Source: Candidatus Krumholzibacteriales bacterium | GTDB taxonomy: Bacteria; Krumholzibacteriota; Krumholzibacteriia; Krumholzibacteriales; WJIX01 | Assembly (NCBI GenBank): GCA_046483305.1 | Contig: JAWODM010000029.1 | Coordinates: 1 to 52,129, forward strand | Reading direction: 5' to 3' | DNA: 52,129 nucleotides | Part shown: piece after piece, positions 1 to 9,365 of the stretch | Layout of the letters: every line of letters starts with the position of its first letter | Position numbering within the stretch: position 1 is the first letter of the stretch | Notes under the pieces: generated by a model | The model's database searches: none | The model's input: the letters and a program-made list of their open reading frames with translations, nothing else | Told to the model about the DNA's origin: nothing | Made by a program: the position numbers and the translations under genes

Positions 1-78
1 CCACTGCAAAACGTTGGATGGAAGGCAAGGGCTGGGACCCTGCGATGTGCCAGTACCTGGTGTTCGGCAACACCATAG

Positions 79-318
79 GACAGCACCACCAGTTCTACTA
101 GGGGCAAGCACCAGCATCTGCCGAACGGAAATATCCTGATAAGCGAGATGTGGTGCGACCGTATCTTTGAGATAACGGAAGACGGCAGGATAGTATGGAG
201 CTGGATAGCACCCAGGTGGGATAAATTCAGGCCGATAGGAGATAAAATCTGGGAAGCGAGCCGCTACAGATACCAATACCTGGAATTCTTAGATAAACGG
301 GAGCAGACAGATGAATAA
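79..318 (+). CDS. Arylsulfotransferase (ASST)-like protein, C-terminal fragment
   Basis: Frame 1 reads STRGKHQHLPNGNILISEMWCDRIFEITEDGRIVWSW...E*, resembling the ASST beta-propeller C-terminal repeat (QxLPNGNxLITE..RxFEVTxxGxIVW); stop at 316-318 overlaps the next ATG. In-frame TAG at 76-78 bounds it upstream. Confidence 0.6.
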   Translation, partial: DSTTSSTRGKHQHLPNGNILISEMWCDRIFEITEDGRIVWSWIAPRWDKFRPIGDKIWEASRYRYQYLEFLDKREQTDE

Positions 319-589
319 AAATATATTTCTAAATGGATTTCCGGCAACGTTGATAGCCTTTTTATTAGTTGTCATACCTGTTGAAGCGGCGGCCTACGTC
401 GGCCCGGGGACCGGCATTTCCCTTATCGGAGCGATAATCGCGGTCCTTGCGGCCCTGTTCTTTACCATCGGGGGCATTCTTCTCTGGCCTTTCAGGGCTC
501 TGAAGCGCTGGATGAAGAAGAGGAAAGGCGAAGATATAGAGATTGAAGAACCGGCGGAAGAGCAGGTAACGGAAGATAAAGATGATTAA
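311..589 (+). CDS. Small membrane protein with signal-peptide-like N-terminus, YVGPGTG motif, TM helix and acidic tail
   Basis: 92-aa ORF overlapping both neighbours; AYVGPGTG followed by a hydrophobic helix and WPFRALKRWMKKRK. Confidence 0.75.
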   Translation: MNKNIFLNGFPATLIAFLLVVIPVEAAAYVGPGTGISLIGAIIAVLAALFFTIGGILLWPFRALKRWMKKRKGEDIEIEEPAEEQVTEDKDD

Positions 590-1286
590 CGTAATATTCC
601 CGCTTTTCGATGCAATTGACGGGCTTCTGGCAGCGCTGCTCCCCCCTCTGGTCAGGATATGCCTCTGGGGAGTGGTTGCCGGAGCTCTCTCGGTTGCTGT
701 TTACGCTCTTATCTCTCCACAGGATAAGATAGCCGGATACAAGGAACAGCTCAGAAAGTACCGCCGTGAATTAATGGGTAATCAGGACCTGGAATTCAAG
801 GAGTACATGGCGGTATCAAGAAAGAATCTTAAAACCTCCATGCTGTTTTTCTCCAGCGCGATCGGGCCCGCGCTGGTCTCGGCGGTTCCGGTTATCGTTC
901 TGCTTCTGTACCTTCACACCTCGCTCGGATATACGGCGCCGGAAACACTCTCGGCGGAAGCTCCGGCAGGCGGCGTGAAACTACAGCTGAGCCAAACCCA
1001 GGAAGAGGTCACAGTCAGGGACGGGAATAACAGGGTTCTGTACAGCGGGAATCCGCTTCATCCACCGGTTCCTTCCGTCTCGAAACGCTGGTGGTGGAAC
1101 GCGCTATTTGAAAACCCCGCGGGTTATATCAGGGATGATGCGGAGATTGATGAGATAAGGTTCAATACTTCCAGAAGAATTTATCTTGGATTCATGCCCG
1201 GCTGGGGGCAGGGGGTGGAGTTACCTTATTTTCTTCTGGTTTTTATTACCGCCCTTTCGGGAAGAATTATCTTCCGGATAAAGTAG
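582..1286 (+). CDS. Membrane protein, DUF106/EMC3-TMCO1-like N-terminus (TM, coiled coil, TM)
   Basis: 234 aa; TM helix, charged helical loop (QDKIAGYKEQLRKYRRELM), second TM, C-terminal TM; overlaps the upstream gene. Confidence 0.6.
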   Translation: MINVIFPLFDAIDGLLAALLPPLVRICLWGVVAGALSVAVYALISPQDKIAGYKEQLRKYRRELMGNQDLEFKEYMAVSRKNLKTSMLFFSSAIGPALVSAVPVIVLLLYLHTSLGYTAPETLSAEAPAGGVKLQLSQTQEEVTVRDGNNRVLYSGNPLHPPVPSVSKRWWWNALFENPAGYIRDDAEIDEIRFNTSRRIYLGFMPGWGQGVELPYFLLVFITALSGRIIFRIK

Positions 1287-1301
1287 CGGCTGGAGTATGG
1301 A

Positions 1302-2390
1302 ATGGACACTGTTCCCCTGCATGATTTTCTGGGATGGGTTGCCGAACACAACAGCGATCTTCTGTTTTCTCTGGCCGGGATGGAGACCCGATCTCTCAGG
1401 GACAGACTGAAAGATACTCAGATCAGGCGCCCGGTTTACGTTTGTGGATTGGCCCGGTCCGGGACCACCATACTGCTGGAGCTTATCTCACGTCACAGCG
1501 AAACGGCGACCTACAGATACATGGACTTTCCTCTGGTGATGATTCCCTTCTGGTGGAGCAAGTTTCTGAGGTTGTACCGGAAAAGAAGCGAAGCGGTGGA
1601 GAGGTCTCACGGAGACCGTATAGAGGTTACCCCGGAGAGCCCCGAGGCGATGGAGGAAATCCTATGGATGAAGTTCTTTCCGGACCTTCACAATCCGGCT
1701 ATGGATAATACTCTAACCGCCGAAGACACCGGAAGCGACTTTGATGACTTCTATCGCAATACCATTCGCAAGCTTCTTTTATCCAGGGGCAGGGGGAGAT
1801 ATCTGGCCAAGAATAATTACAATGTTACCAGGCTGGGATACCTGAAGCGGCTTTTCGGTGAAGTATCTTTTGTTATACCGGTCAGAGACCCGGTATGGCA
1901 TATAGCTTCATTGATGAAGCAGCACCGCCTTCTCAAGCAGGAGGAAAGGAAGGACAGGAAAGTGCTGTCCTATATGAGAAGGGTGGGTCATTTCGAGTTC
2001 GGGCTGGACTTAAGGCCGATAAATACTGGACCGGGGTCGAGAACCGGAGAGATAATGCATCTTTGGGAAAGCGGGAATGAGGTGGAAGGTTGGGCGAAGT
2101 ACTGGGCGGACATACATAATTACATATACCGGGAGTTGACCGCCAGGCCGGAACTTGCCGAGTCGGCAATGGTAGTCAGCTACAGGAAGCTGTGCGAGGA
2201 TTCCGAGAGAGTGCTGGGCGGGGTATACTCTCACGCCCGGCTGGATGTGGATGATAAGACGATAGAGGAGCAGGGAGCCGGATTGACACCGCCGTCTTAC
2301 TATGATCCCGATTTCACGCAGGAGCAGATGGATATAATCGGCAGGGAGACCTCCGGAATATTCAGAAAGATTCTCAGCCTCTCCATATAA
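1302..2390 (+). CDS. PAPS-dependent sulfotransferase
   Basis: 5'-PSB motif PVYVCGLARSGTTIL, RYLAKNN, 3'-PB motif VRDPVWHIASL; GGAG RBS upstream. Confidence 0.9.
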   Translation: MDTVPLHDFLGWVAEHNSDLLFSLAGMETRSLRDRLKDTQIRRPVYVCGLARSGTTILLELISRHSETATYRYMDFPLVMIPFWWSKFLRLYRKRSEAVERSHGDRIEVTPESPEAMEEILWMKFFPDLHNPAMDNTLTAEDTGSDFDDFYRNTIRKLLLSRGRGRYLAKNNYNVTRLGYLKRLFGEVSFVIPVRDPVWHIASLMKQHRLLKQEERKDRKVLSYMRRVGHFEFGLDLRPINTGPGSRTGEIMHLWESGNEVEGWAKYWADIHNYIYRELTARPELAESAMVVSYRKLCEDSERVLGGVYSHARLDVDDKTIEEQGAGLTPPSYYDPDFTQEQMDIIGRETSGIFRKILSLSI

Positions 2391-2550
2391 ACAGCCCGCG
2401 CGCCCGGACGGGCTTATCCTGTTAAAAGCATTATTTTGTTGACAGCTTTTCGTTCTTTTGTGTAAGAATTAATTCCAATAACCGAAATCACCGGAAAGCC
2501 CTCTCCCTCAGGAGGGGTACTGAAGCCTCGGACAGCAAGAAGGAGTAACC

Positions 2551-4518
2551 ATGTCAGAAGCCAAAGGCCTGCCGGAAAACGCTTACCGGCAACTCGAACC
2601 GGGCGAAGAGTATGTACCTTATGTTCCGGCGGACAGAACGGTTCCCGAGACAACTATCAGATCGGTACTGACGGGGATTATCATGGCGGTTATTTTTACC
2701 GCTTCTGCCGCTTATCTGGGCCTTAAAATAGGACAGGTCTTCGAAGCAGCGATACCGATCGCGATCCTCGCGGTGGGAATGGGTGGATTTTTCAAACGCC
2801 GCAACACCATCAGCGAGAATGTGATTATTCAGTCCATTGGAGCGGCTTCCGGAGCGGTAGTCGCAGGAATGATCTTTACCCTGCCGGCGATCTTCATCCT
2901 GGATCTGGAGCTGAAATTCTATCAGACCTTCCTGGCGGCCATGCTGGGAGGATTCCTGGGGATCCTTTTCCTGATTCCTATGAGAAGGTATTTCGTGAGG
3001 GATATGCACGGGATACTCCCTTTCCCGGAGGGCACCGCCATCAACGAAGTGCTTGTAACCGGGGAAAGCGGCGGCAGGCAGGCCAGAATACTGGTGAAAG
3101 CGGCTATCATCGGAGGTGTCTACGATTTCTGCATTGCCACTTTCGGGCTCTGGCGCGAGGTAATATCGACCAGGGTAATACCTCCTCTGGCGGCGGTAGC
3201 CGATAAGGCCAAGCTGGTGGTGAAGGTAAATGCCGGAGCGGCGGTAATGGGCCTCGGTTATATTATCGGGTTAAGATACGCCCTGATAATATGCGCGGGG
3301 AGTTTCCTCTCCTGGCTGGTACTGATACCTTCGGTTTACTATTTCGGGAGGCACCTGGGGGCTCCGGTGGGCGATGCCGCGGCATTGATTTCCCAGATGA
3401 GGCCGGAAGATATATTCGACCATTACATAAGGCATATCGGTATCGGCGGCATAGCGGTGGCCGGTATAATAGGGATCATAAAATCCTCGAAAATTATTGT
3501 TTCTACCTTTACTGTCGGATTCAAGGAAATATTTACAGGCAAGAGCAAAGCGACCGAGAAGAGGACGGACCGGGATATAGCCATGGCGGCGGTGGTCGGC
3601 GGTACGGTGATAACTCTCCTGGCCGTATTCCTCTTTTTCAGGATCGGAGTGGTGGATTCCTGGGGTATCGCGATACTGGCTCTTCTGATAGTGGCGGTAA
3701 TCTCATTTCTTTTTACCACGGTGGCGGCCAGGGCGATAGCTATAGTCGGAATGAACCCGGTTTCGGGGATGACCCTGATGACACTCATACTTTCCAGCGT
3801 GATTCTGGCGGCGGCGGGCCTCTCCGGGCCGGCCGGCATGGTGTCCGCGCTGATAATAGGGGGAGTGGTTTGTACAGCCCTGGCAACTGCCGGGACCTTT
3901 ATAACAGACCTGAAGGTTGGGTACTGGCTGGGATCCACTCCGGCAAAGCAGGAGAAGTATAAATTCGTCGGCATAATCGTATCGGCGGTCTGCATAACAG
4001 GTGTAATCATGCTCCTGCACAAGGTATACGGTTTCAGCGGCGAGGGGGCGCTGGCAGCGCCTCAGGCTAACGCGATGGCGGCGGTAATCAAGACTCTGAT
4101 GTCGAAATCGGATGTTCCGTGGGGCCTGTACATGGCAGGAGGGTTCATGGCCCTGGTGCTGGAAATGCTGAAGATATCTCCTCTTCCCTTTGCTCTGGGG
4201 ATGTACCTTCCGATTCAGCTTAACACCCCGATCCTGATCGGGGGTATCGTGGCCCACCTGGTTTCGAACAGCAGCACAAGCGTAGAGGTGAACAAGAAGA
4301 GAAAAGACCGCGGAACCCTGATAGCTTCCGGGTTCGTGGCGGGCGGGGCCCTGATGGGGATAGTGAGCGCCTTTATCGCTTTCATAGGTTGGGATTTCCT
4401 TGATACCGGAATTTCTGAAATGGCAATCGGCGAGGTCCTGAGCGTGATTCTGTTTGCCGGACTCTGTTTTTATCTCTACTTCGACGCAAAGAAGGGAGCC
4501 GGGGATAGAGTTGTTTAA
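2551..4518 (+). CDS. OPT-family oligopeptide transporter
   Basis: 655 aa, many TM helices; YLGLKIGQVFEAAIPIAIL, ENVIIQSIG, LPFPEGTA, NPVSGMTL, APQANAMA; AAGGAG RBS. Confidence 0.95.
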   Translation: MSEAKGLPENAYRQLEPGEEYVPYVPADRTVPETTIRSVLTGIIMAVIFTASAAYLGLKIGQVFEAAIPIAILAVGMGGFFKRRNTISENVIIQSIGAASGAVVAGMIFTLPAIFILDLELKFYQTFLAAMLGGFLGILFLIPMRRYFVRDMHGILPFPEGTAINEVLVTGESGGRQARILVKAAIIGGVYDFCIATFGLWREVISTRVIPPLAAVADKAKLVVKVNAGAAVMGLGYIIGLRYALIICAGSFLSWLVLIPSVYYFGRHLGAPVGDAAALISQMRPEDIFDHYIRHIGIGGIAVAGIIGIIKSSKIIVSTFTVGFKEIFTGKSKATEKRTDRDIAMAAVVGGTVITLLAVFLFFRIGVVDSWGIAILALLIVAVISFLFTTVAARAIAIVGMNPVSGMTLMTLILSSVILAAAGLSGPAGMVSALIIGGVVCTALATAGTFITDLKVGYWLGSTPAKQEKYKFVGIIVSAVCITGVIMLLHKVYGFSGEGALAAPQANAMAAVIKTLMSKSDVPWGLYMAGGFMALVLEMLKISPLPFALGMYLPIQLNTPILIGGIVAHLVSNSSTSVEVNKKRKDRGTLIASGFVAGGALMGIVSAFIAFIGWDFLDTGISEMAIGEVLSVILFAGLCFYLYFDAKKGAGDRVV

Positions 4519-4568
4519 TCACTGTTTGTTATTTTTGGCGCTTGAGTATGTGAGAACCCCAATTTATG

Positions 4569-4697
4569 GGGAAAATATGCAGTACTCTCTACACTGAAGC
4601 GTCTTAACCGTTGGTCCGTCCGGGGGGTCGGATCAACGGGCTTTCTTGTAATTGGAGGGCAGGCCTGAGCGCTTCCGGGGCTGAAGGAGATTTTCCC
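4569..4697 (+). ncRNA. Candidate structured RNA (rod-like, 6S-like architecture; family unassigned)
   Basis: GGGAAAAT (4569-76) pairs with ATTTTCCC (4690-97); CTGAAGCG with CGCTTCCGG; apical stem CCGTTGGTCCG/CGGATCAACGG; G-U pairs favour the + strand. Confidence 0.35.
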
Positions 4698-4762
4698 GAT
4701 GAAACCGGCCATTCCCAGCTCTTCCGCGGGGGACAGGGCCCATCCCCGGGTGAATTCTTTTC

Positions 4763-4791
4763 TTGCTATTATTATTAACTTTAAATATCAT
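4763..4791 (+). promoter_or_regulatory. Putative sigma70 promoter of the lipoprotein/OMP operon
   Basis: TTGCTA-17 bp-TATCAT about 45 bp upstream of ATG 4835. Confidence 0.5.
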
Positions 4792-4834
4792 ACACCACGA
4801 TAAGGATCTGTTTTGAATATACTGCAAAGGACAG

Positions 4835-6052
4835 ATGATCAATATTAAAAGGATAACAGCTGCCGTTCTGATAGTTCTTCTGTCGGGGTGCGGCTCCGAT
4901 CCGGAGGGCCCCGTAACTCAGAAGTTCATAGATGAGGGCACCTACCTGCCCGGCGGCGGGGAAACCTTCTGCAAGATAATACCCATGGATAATGTGACTT
5001 CGAATCCAATCCCCACCGATGTTGGCGGGCAGAGCAGCCTTCTGAAGTTTGGGAGAAACAGGTCGCTTGAGTTCAACCGTATTTTCCTCGATTTTGATTC
5101 CGATTCACTGGATTCGCTGGCGAGAAGGAACCAGGGCAAAGTGGTGGAGTCAGCGGTACTTTATCTTCCTCTGATATCCAGCCCCGACTGTGAACTCAGG
5201 TTCGGGATTTACCCTCTCACCGGCTCTTTCACAGAGGACGATTCCCTGTCTGGCGATAACGCCCCGGGGAATGAACCGGTTCCGGTTCCGGACCAGAACG
5301 GCTCTACGGAGGCCCGGGTCCTGGTCACCGCGGGAGAAAACGAGTTCGGTATTGACCCGTCAGTGATCCAGGGATGGGTGGATCAGAGCAGTCAGCCCTG
5401 GGAGTACGGAATAGCCCTGGTAGTTGAGGAGCGGCCTGATTCCATGGGATTCTTTGAATTCTTTTCCATCAATTATGAGGAGAATCCGATCTCCCTGAGG
5501 ATCTATTTCAACGACTCCAGCGGCGACACTATCGCGGTGGATAAGGATTACAGCGTGCCCTCGTATACTCCTGACGGCGAGCTGGCGGTGGTCGGCGGGG
5601 CTGCCACCAGGCTCCACTTCAGATTTGATCTGGAGTCTCTTTCCGACAGCGCCATGGTCCACTACTCCGCCCTGGTCCTGGAAGTTGAAGGACAGAAGGG
5701 ATTCGGAATTACCGCCGGAGAGCTTCAGTACCTGGGCCTGGATGAAAAGTTCTACTCATACCTGTATGCCCCCGATTCCGACAATCCCCTGGACGAGGGC
5801 TTCTGGGAGGGTACCGGGGTGGACAGGCAGGACTTTTACGCTACTAATTCAGGAAAACTGGAATTCCCGCTGAGAGGTTATACCAATGATGTCCTCTACG
5901 GGCCCAGAGAAAACCTGGGCCTGGTACTCCAATCAGATCTGGAGATAACACGTTTCCAGAAGGTATCATTTTATTCGGGGCCCGTGGATTCGCTGAAACC
6001 ACATATAAAAGTAATATACTCTCTGCCGGCTGATTTTAAACAGGAATTATGA
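4835..6052 (+). CDS. Lipoprotein (DUF4270/DNRLRE-like, beta-rich)
   Basis: Lipobox LLSGC after a basic/hydrophobic signal; acidic beta-rich body ending KPHIKVIYS. Confidence 0.65.
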   Translation: MINIKRITAAVLIVLLSGCGSDPEGPVTQKFIDEGTYLPGGGETFCKIIPMDNVTSNPIPTDVGGQSSLLKFGRNRSLEFNRIFLDFDSDSLDSLARRNQGKVVESAVLYLPLISSPDCELRFGIYPLTGSFTEDDSLSGDNAPGNEPVPVPDQNGSTEARVLVTAGENEFGIDPSVIQGWVDQSSQPWEYGIALVVEERPDSMGFFEFFSINYEENPISLRIYFNDSSGDTIAVDKDYSVPSYTPDGELAVVGGAATRLHFRFDLESLSDSAMVHYSALVLEVEGQKGFGITAGELQYLGLDEKFYSYLYAPDSDNPLDEGFWEGTGVDRQDFYATNSGKLEFPLRGYTNDVLYGPRENLGLVLQSDLEITRFQKVSFYSGPVDSLKPHIKVIYSLPADFKQEL

Positions 6053-7278
6053 GATATATATCGAGAATATATTTGATTATGATGGCCCTGCTGGTTGCGG
6101 TAACCGGAACCAGCCGCGCGCAATCGCTGTTCAGCCTTAATTATATAGGCGAACACACCTTCCGTGGCGGGGGGCGCGATGCCGCCCTGGCCTTCTCATC
6201 GGGAGCGCTTCCCGATTCAACAGCCGCCCTGACCATGAATCCGGCCACCACCGCGTCACTGACCAGGGTCACCCTGGGCCTCAACCAGAGATTCCTGTAC
6301 GGCACCGCTGTCTACGGAGATAACGAGGCATCCAGGAATAACTATCAGCTCCCCGCTGTTGTAGTGGCATTTCCCCTTGCGGAAGGCCTGGTATTTAATA
6401 TGGGTTACAGAACCAGGTTCGAGGGCAGGGTCGATTTTACGGTCCCTGCTGCGGTCAGCGGCCCCTCATACGGCTGGAGCGGCTCGGCCCTGGAAGAGTA
6501 TTCTCACAACGGATCGCTTTATTCGGTACCGATAGGAGTCGCCTGGAAAATCCATGACCGGGTGAGCCTGGAGAGCGAAATCCATCTGGAAAGGGGCTCC
6601 ATAAGGGACAAGGTGACAGAAAACTTTCAGAACCAGGACTACAGCCTGGTCAACTCGGAGATGGACCGGAACTTCTCCGCCACATCATGGGGGATTTCGA
6701 TTCTGGCAAAGCCGCATTCAAGGCTGATGCTGGGGGCCACCTATGACGCGGAAATTAATTATTCGGTGAACGAGCGTATCGATTATTCTCTGGCAGAGCT
6801 CAACAGCAGGAGCAGTTACGATTTTTCTCTTCCCTCCGCCTACAGCCTGTCCCTGGCCGCGGGGATATCGGAAAGATGGTGGATCACCTCGGCATTATGG
6901 ATGAGGGAAGCTCCTGAAGCCGAAGGCTTTGAACAGTTTGAAGGCGCCCTGGGTGAAGAGAGAATGATCGCGGTGGGCCTTGAACGCCTGCGGAGCTCCG
7001 GAAAAAGCTCCTTCTTTTCCAGAATGCCCCTGAGAATAGGGTTCTATGAGGACCGCTGGCATATCGAAATACCTGAAGGCGAACCGGTCATCTCAAGGTT
7101 CGTGACCTTCGGGAGCGGTATAAAGCTTCCCGGAGGGCCCGGTTCTCTGGATTTATCCTTCGAATTCGGAAAGATCGGTTCCAATGACTCGAACGGTATC
7201 GAAGAGAATGTCATGAGAGTTAATCTCAGTGTAAATGTCTCGGAAGCCTGGAAAAGGCGGGAGCAGAAGAAGTATTAG
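6049..7278 (+). CDS. Outer-membrane beta-barrel, FadL/OmpP1-like
   Basis: Signal peptide, GGGRDAALA then MNPATTASL (FadL-type NPA motif), alternating amphipathic strands; ATGA overlap with upstream gene. Confidence 0.7.
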   Translation: MRYISRIYLIMMALLVAVTGTSRAQSLFSLNYIGEHTFRGGGRDAALAFSSGALPDSTAALTMNPATTASLTRVTLGLNQRFLYGTAVYGDNEASRNNYQLPAVVVAFPLAEGLVFNMGYRTRFEGRVDFTVPAAVSGPSYGWSGSALEEYSHNGSLYSVPIGVAWKIHDRVSLESEIHLERGSIRDKVTENFQNQDYSLVNSEMDRNFSATSWGISILAKPHSRLMLGATYDAEINYSVNERIDYSLAELNSRSSYDFSLPSAYSLSLAAGISERWWITSALWMREAPEAEGFEQFEGALGEERMIAVGLERLRSSGKSSFFSRMPLRIGFYEDRWHIEIPEGEPVISRFVTFGSGIKLPGGPGSLDLSFEFGKIGSNDSNGIEENVMRVNLSVNVSEAWKRREQKKY

Positions 7279-7306
7279 CGGCTTCTTCCGGCCTGATTAA
7301 GCTAAT

Positions 7307-7972
7307 ATGATTAAATCGGTCAGCATAAATTTGTTTGTTCTGGCGGCCGCGCTGGCCGTTTCGGCGGCTGCCGCGCAGGAGCGGATACCTCTGGATAAGA
7401 AGCTTGAAGGATTGGACCCCAGGCCCAGGATAAGTTATCTGAAGTATGTCCTGGAAGATGAGGGAGGCGGCGGCGACCTGTTCTTCCATCTGGGGGTCGC
7501 TTTTCACGAACTTGGCGAGGCGGACTCGGCGATTCATTATTATCAGAGGGCTGTCAGAGAGGACAGCGCCATGTTCAAGGCATTTGTCAACATGGGGATT
7601 CTGTACGATGAAGATAATATAATGATGAAGGCCGTGGAGAATTACAAAAAGGCGCTTGAAATACGCCCGGATGACGTCCTTGCCAATACCCATCTTGGTT
7701 CTCTATTCTACCGCAATGAAGTATTTGATCTTGGTGTAAGCTACCTGATGCGCGCGCTGGAGTCCGATCCCTCCAATCCTCAGCCGCATTACTATCTGGG
7801 CAGCTTTTTCGCGGACAGCGGAATATACAGGGAAGCTCTCAGGGAATGGAGAAAGGTAATCAAACTGGAGCCGGGAGGGTATTTAGCTTCCAGGGCCAGG
7901 AAGAACATTGAAATGATAGAAAACGCCATGAAGCAGCCACCGGTGGGGGAAACCTACGGACCGGATAACTGA
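7307..7972 (+). CDS. Exported TPR protein
   Basis: Signal peptide; several TPR repeats (FHLGVAFHELGEADSAIHYYQRAV, YYLGSFFADSGIYREALREWRKVI). Confidence 0.85.
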   Translation: MIKSVSINLFVLAAALAVSAAAAQERIPLDKKLEGLDPRPRISYLKYVLEDEGGGGDLFFHLGVAFHELGEADSAIHYYQRAVREDSAMFKAFVNMGILYDEDNIMMKAVENYKKALEIRPDDVLANTHLGSLFYRNEVFDLGVSYLMRALESDPSNPQPHYYLGSFFADSGIYREALREWRKVIKLEPGGYLASRARKNIEMIENAMKQPPVGETYGPDN

Positions 7973-8111
7973 ATGCGCCATTGAACGGGCGCCCTGTAAA
8001 GCCTTTCGGGCGACAGCAAATTACATGTTGATATTGACAACGCAATCTTATTATTATTTAAATAGTAAAGATTAAAAAGGGCAATAAGTATGTTTGAGAA
8101 AGGAAAGAACT

Positions 8112-9251
8112 ATGTGCAAGAAGTTTACTGTGGCGGTTTCGGTTATAATAAGCCTCCTGCTGCTTAACTCCGCTATGACTTTGCCGGTATCGGCCCTCCC
8201 CCAGTTCAAGGATGAGCGGGGATTCGACAAGAAATTAACACCGGCCCAGATAGAATACCAGAGCGCCGAGCAGTATATGAAATCCGAGAGTTATTACGAG
8301 GCCATAGATCATCTCAGGAAGGCGGTAAAACTCGATCCGGATTATTTTTCGGCATGGGCGATGCTGGGAAACGCTCTGGCCAAGGTTAAGAAATTCAAGG
8401 AATCGAATGAAGCATACAGGAAGGCCGAAAAACTGGAGCCCGGAAACACCAACGTGGTGGGATCCCTGGGGAACAACTATCTGAAGCTCGGGAACCTGGA
8501 TGAGGCCGAGAAATATTTTAAAATCCTTACCGCGCAGGATTCACTCCATTACTTCGGCAATATCCGTCTCGGTTTCATAGCCAGGCAGAGAGAAAACTGG
8601 GATGAAGCTATCAGCTATTTCAGGAGAGCTCTGAAGGTCAAGCCGGACGATGTGGCGGTAATGGGAACCATAGCTTCAATATACGGCGAAAAGGGCGATG
8701 AGGATAAGCAGGTAGAGTACCTGGAGATGGCTATGGAGACGGAGCCCGATAATTATACCATGATGAAGAAACTGGCCTCCGCTTATTTTTCCAGCTCGAA
8801 GTACAAGGAAGCGGTTCCCCTTTATGAGAAGCTGGTGGAGGTGTTTCCTGACCTGGCAGCGTTTCACAAGCGGCTCGGTTTTGCCATTTCTCAGTCGGGA
8901 GGCGATATGGCGAGGGCCGCCAGCGAGCTGGAGAAGGCAAATATTATCAGCGGCGGGGACAGTCAGACATTCGCCCTTCTGGCTTTGATTTACAATGAGA
9001 ACAAACAGTGGGGCAAGGCGGTCGAGGCCGCCAGGGCCGGCCTGAACCTGGATGACGGCAATGAAGCTTTCCTGCTTTACCAGCTGGGTGTGGCAGTCTC
9101 CAAGCAGGGCAAGTATGAGGAAGCAATGTCTCATTTCCAGAAAGCGGTTAATATCGGAACCGAACCCTGGAAGTCCTCTTCGATCAAACAGATAGACCGT
9201 CAGAAGAAGCTGATCGAAATCAGGGAGGCCAAGAAGCAGCAGCAGATGTAA
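8112..9251 (+). CDS. Exported TPR protein
   Basis: Signal peptide after ATG 8112 (AAGGA upstream; ORF track starts at TTG 8094); TPR repeats throughout. Confidence 0.85.
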   Translation: MCKKFTVAVSVIISLLLLNSAMTLPVSALPQFKDERGFDKKLTPAQIEYQSAEQYMKSESYYEAIDHLRKAVKLDPDYFSAWAMLGNALAKVKKFKESNEAYRKAEKLEPGNTNVVGSLGNNYLKLGNLDEAEKYFKILTAQDSLHYFGNIRLGFIARQRENWDEAISYFRRALKVKPDDVAVMGTIASIYGEKGDEDKQVEYLEMAMETEPDNYTMMKKLASAYFSSSKYKEAVPLYEKLVEVFPDLAAFHKRLGFAISQSGGDMARAASELEKANIISGGDSQTFALLALIYNENKQWGKAVEAARAGLNLDDGNEAFLLYQLGVAVSKQGKYEEAMSHFQKAVNIGTEPWKSSSIKQIDRQKKLIEIREAKKQQQM

Positions 9252-9282
9252 GAGTAAATCGTAGAACCGTGAATGAAAATAT

Positions 9283-9315
9283 AGCCTCCCGCCCGCGGGG
9301 AGGCTTTATTTTTTT
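9283..9315 (+). terminator. Rho-independent terminator
   Basis: Stem AGCCTCCC/GGGAGGCT followed by TTATTTTTTT. Confidence 0.8.
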
Positions 9316-9365
9316 AAGGGGATGGGGTATTATTATCTGAAAACAGATTCAGGAGAGGAGGTAAA

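Noticed and set aside
4677..4700. GGGGCTGA resembling a tmRNA 5' end
   Set aside because: Lacks the following TTCGAC and any tRNA-like 3' end within the expected distance.
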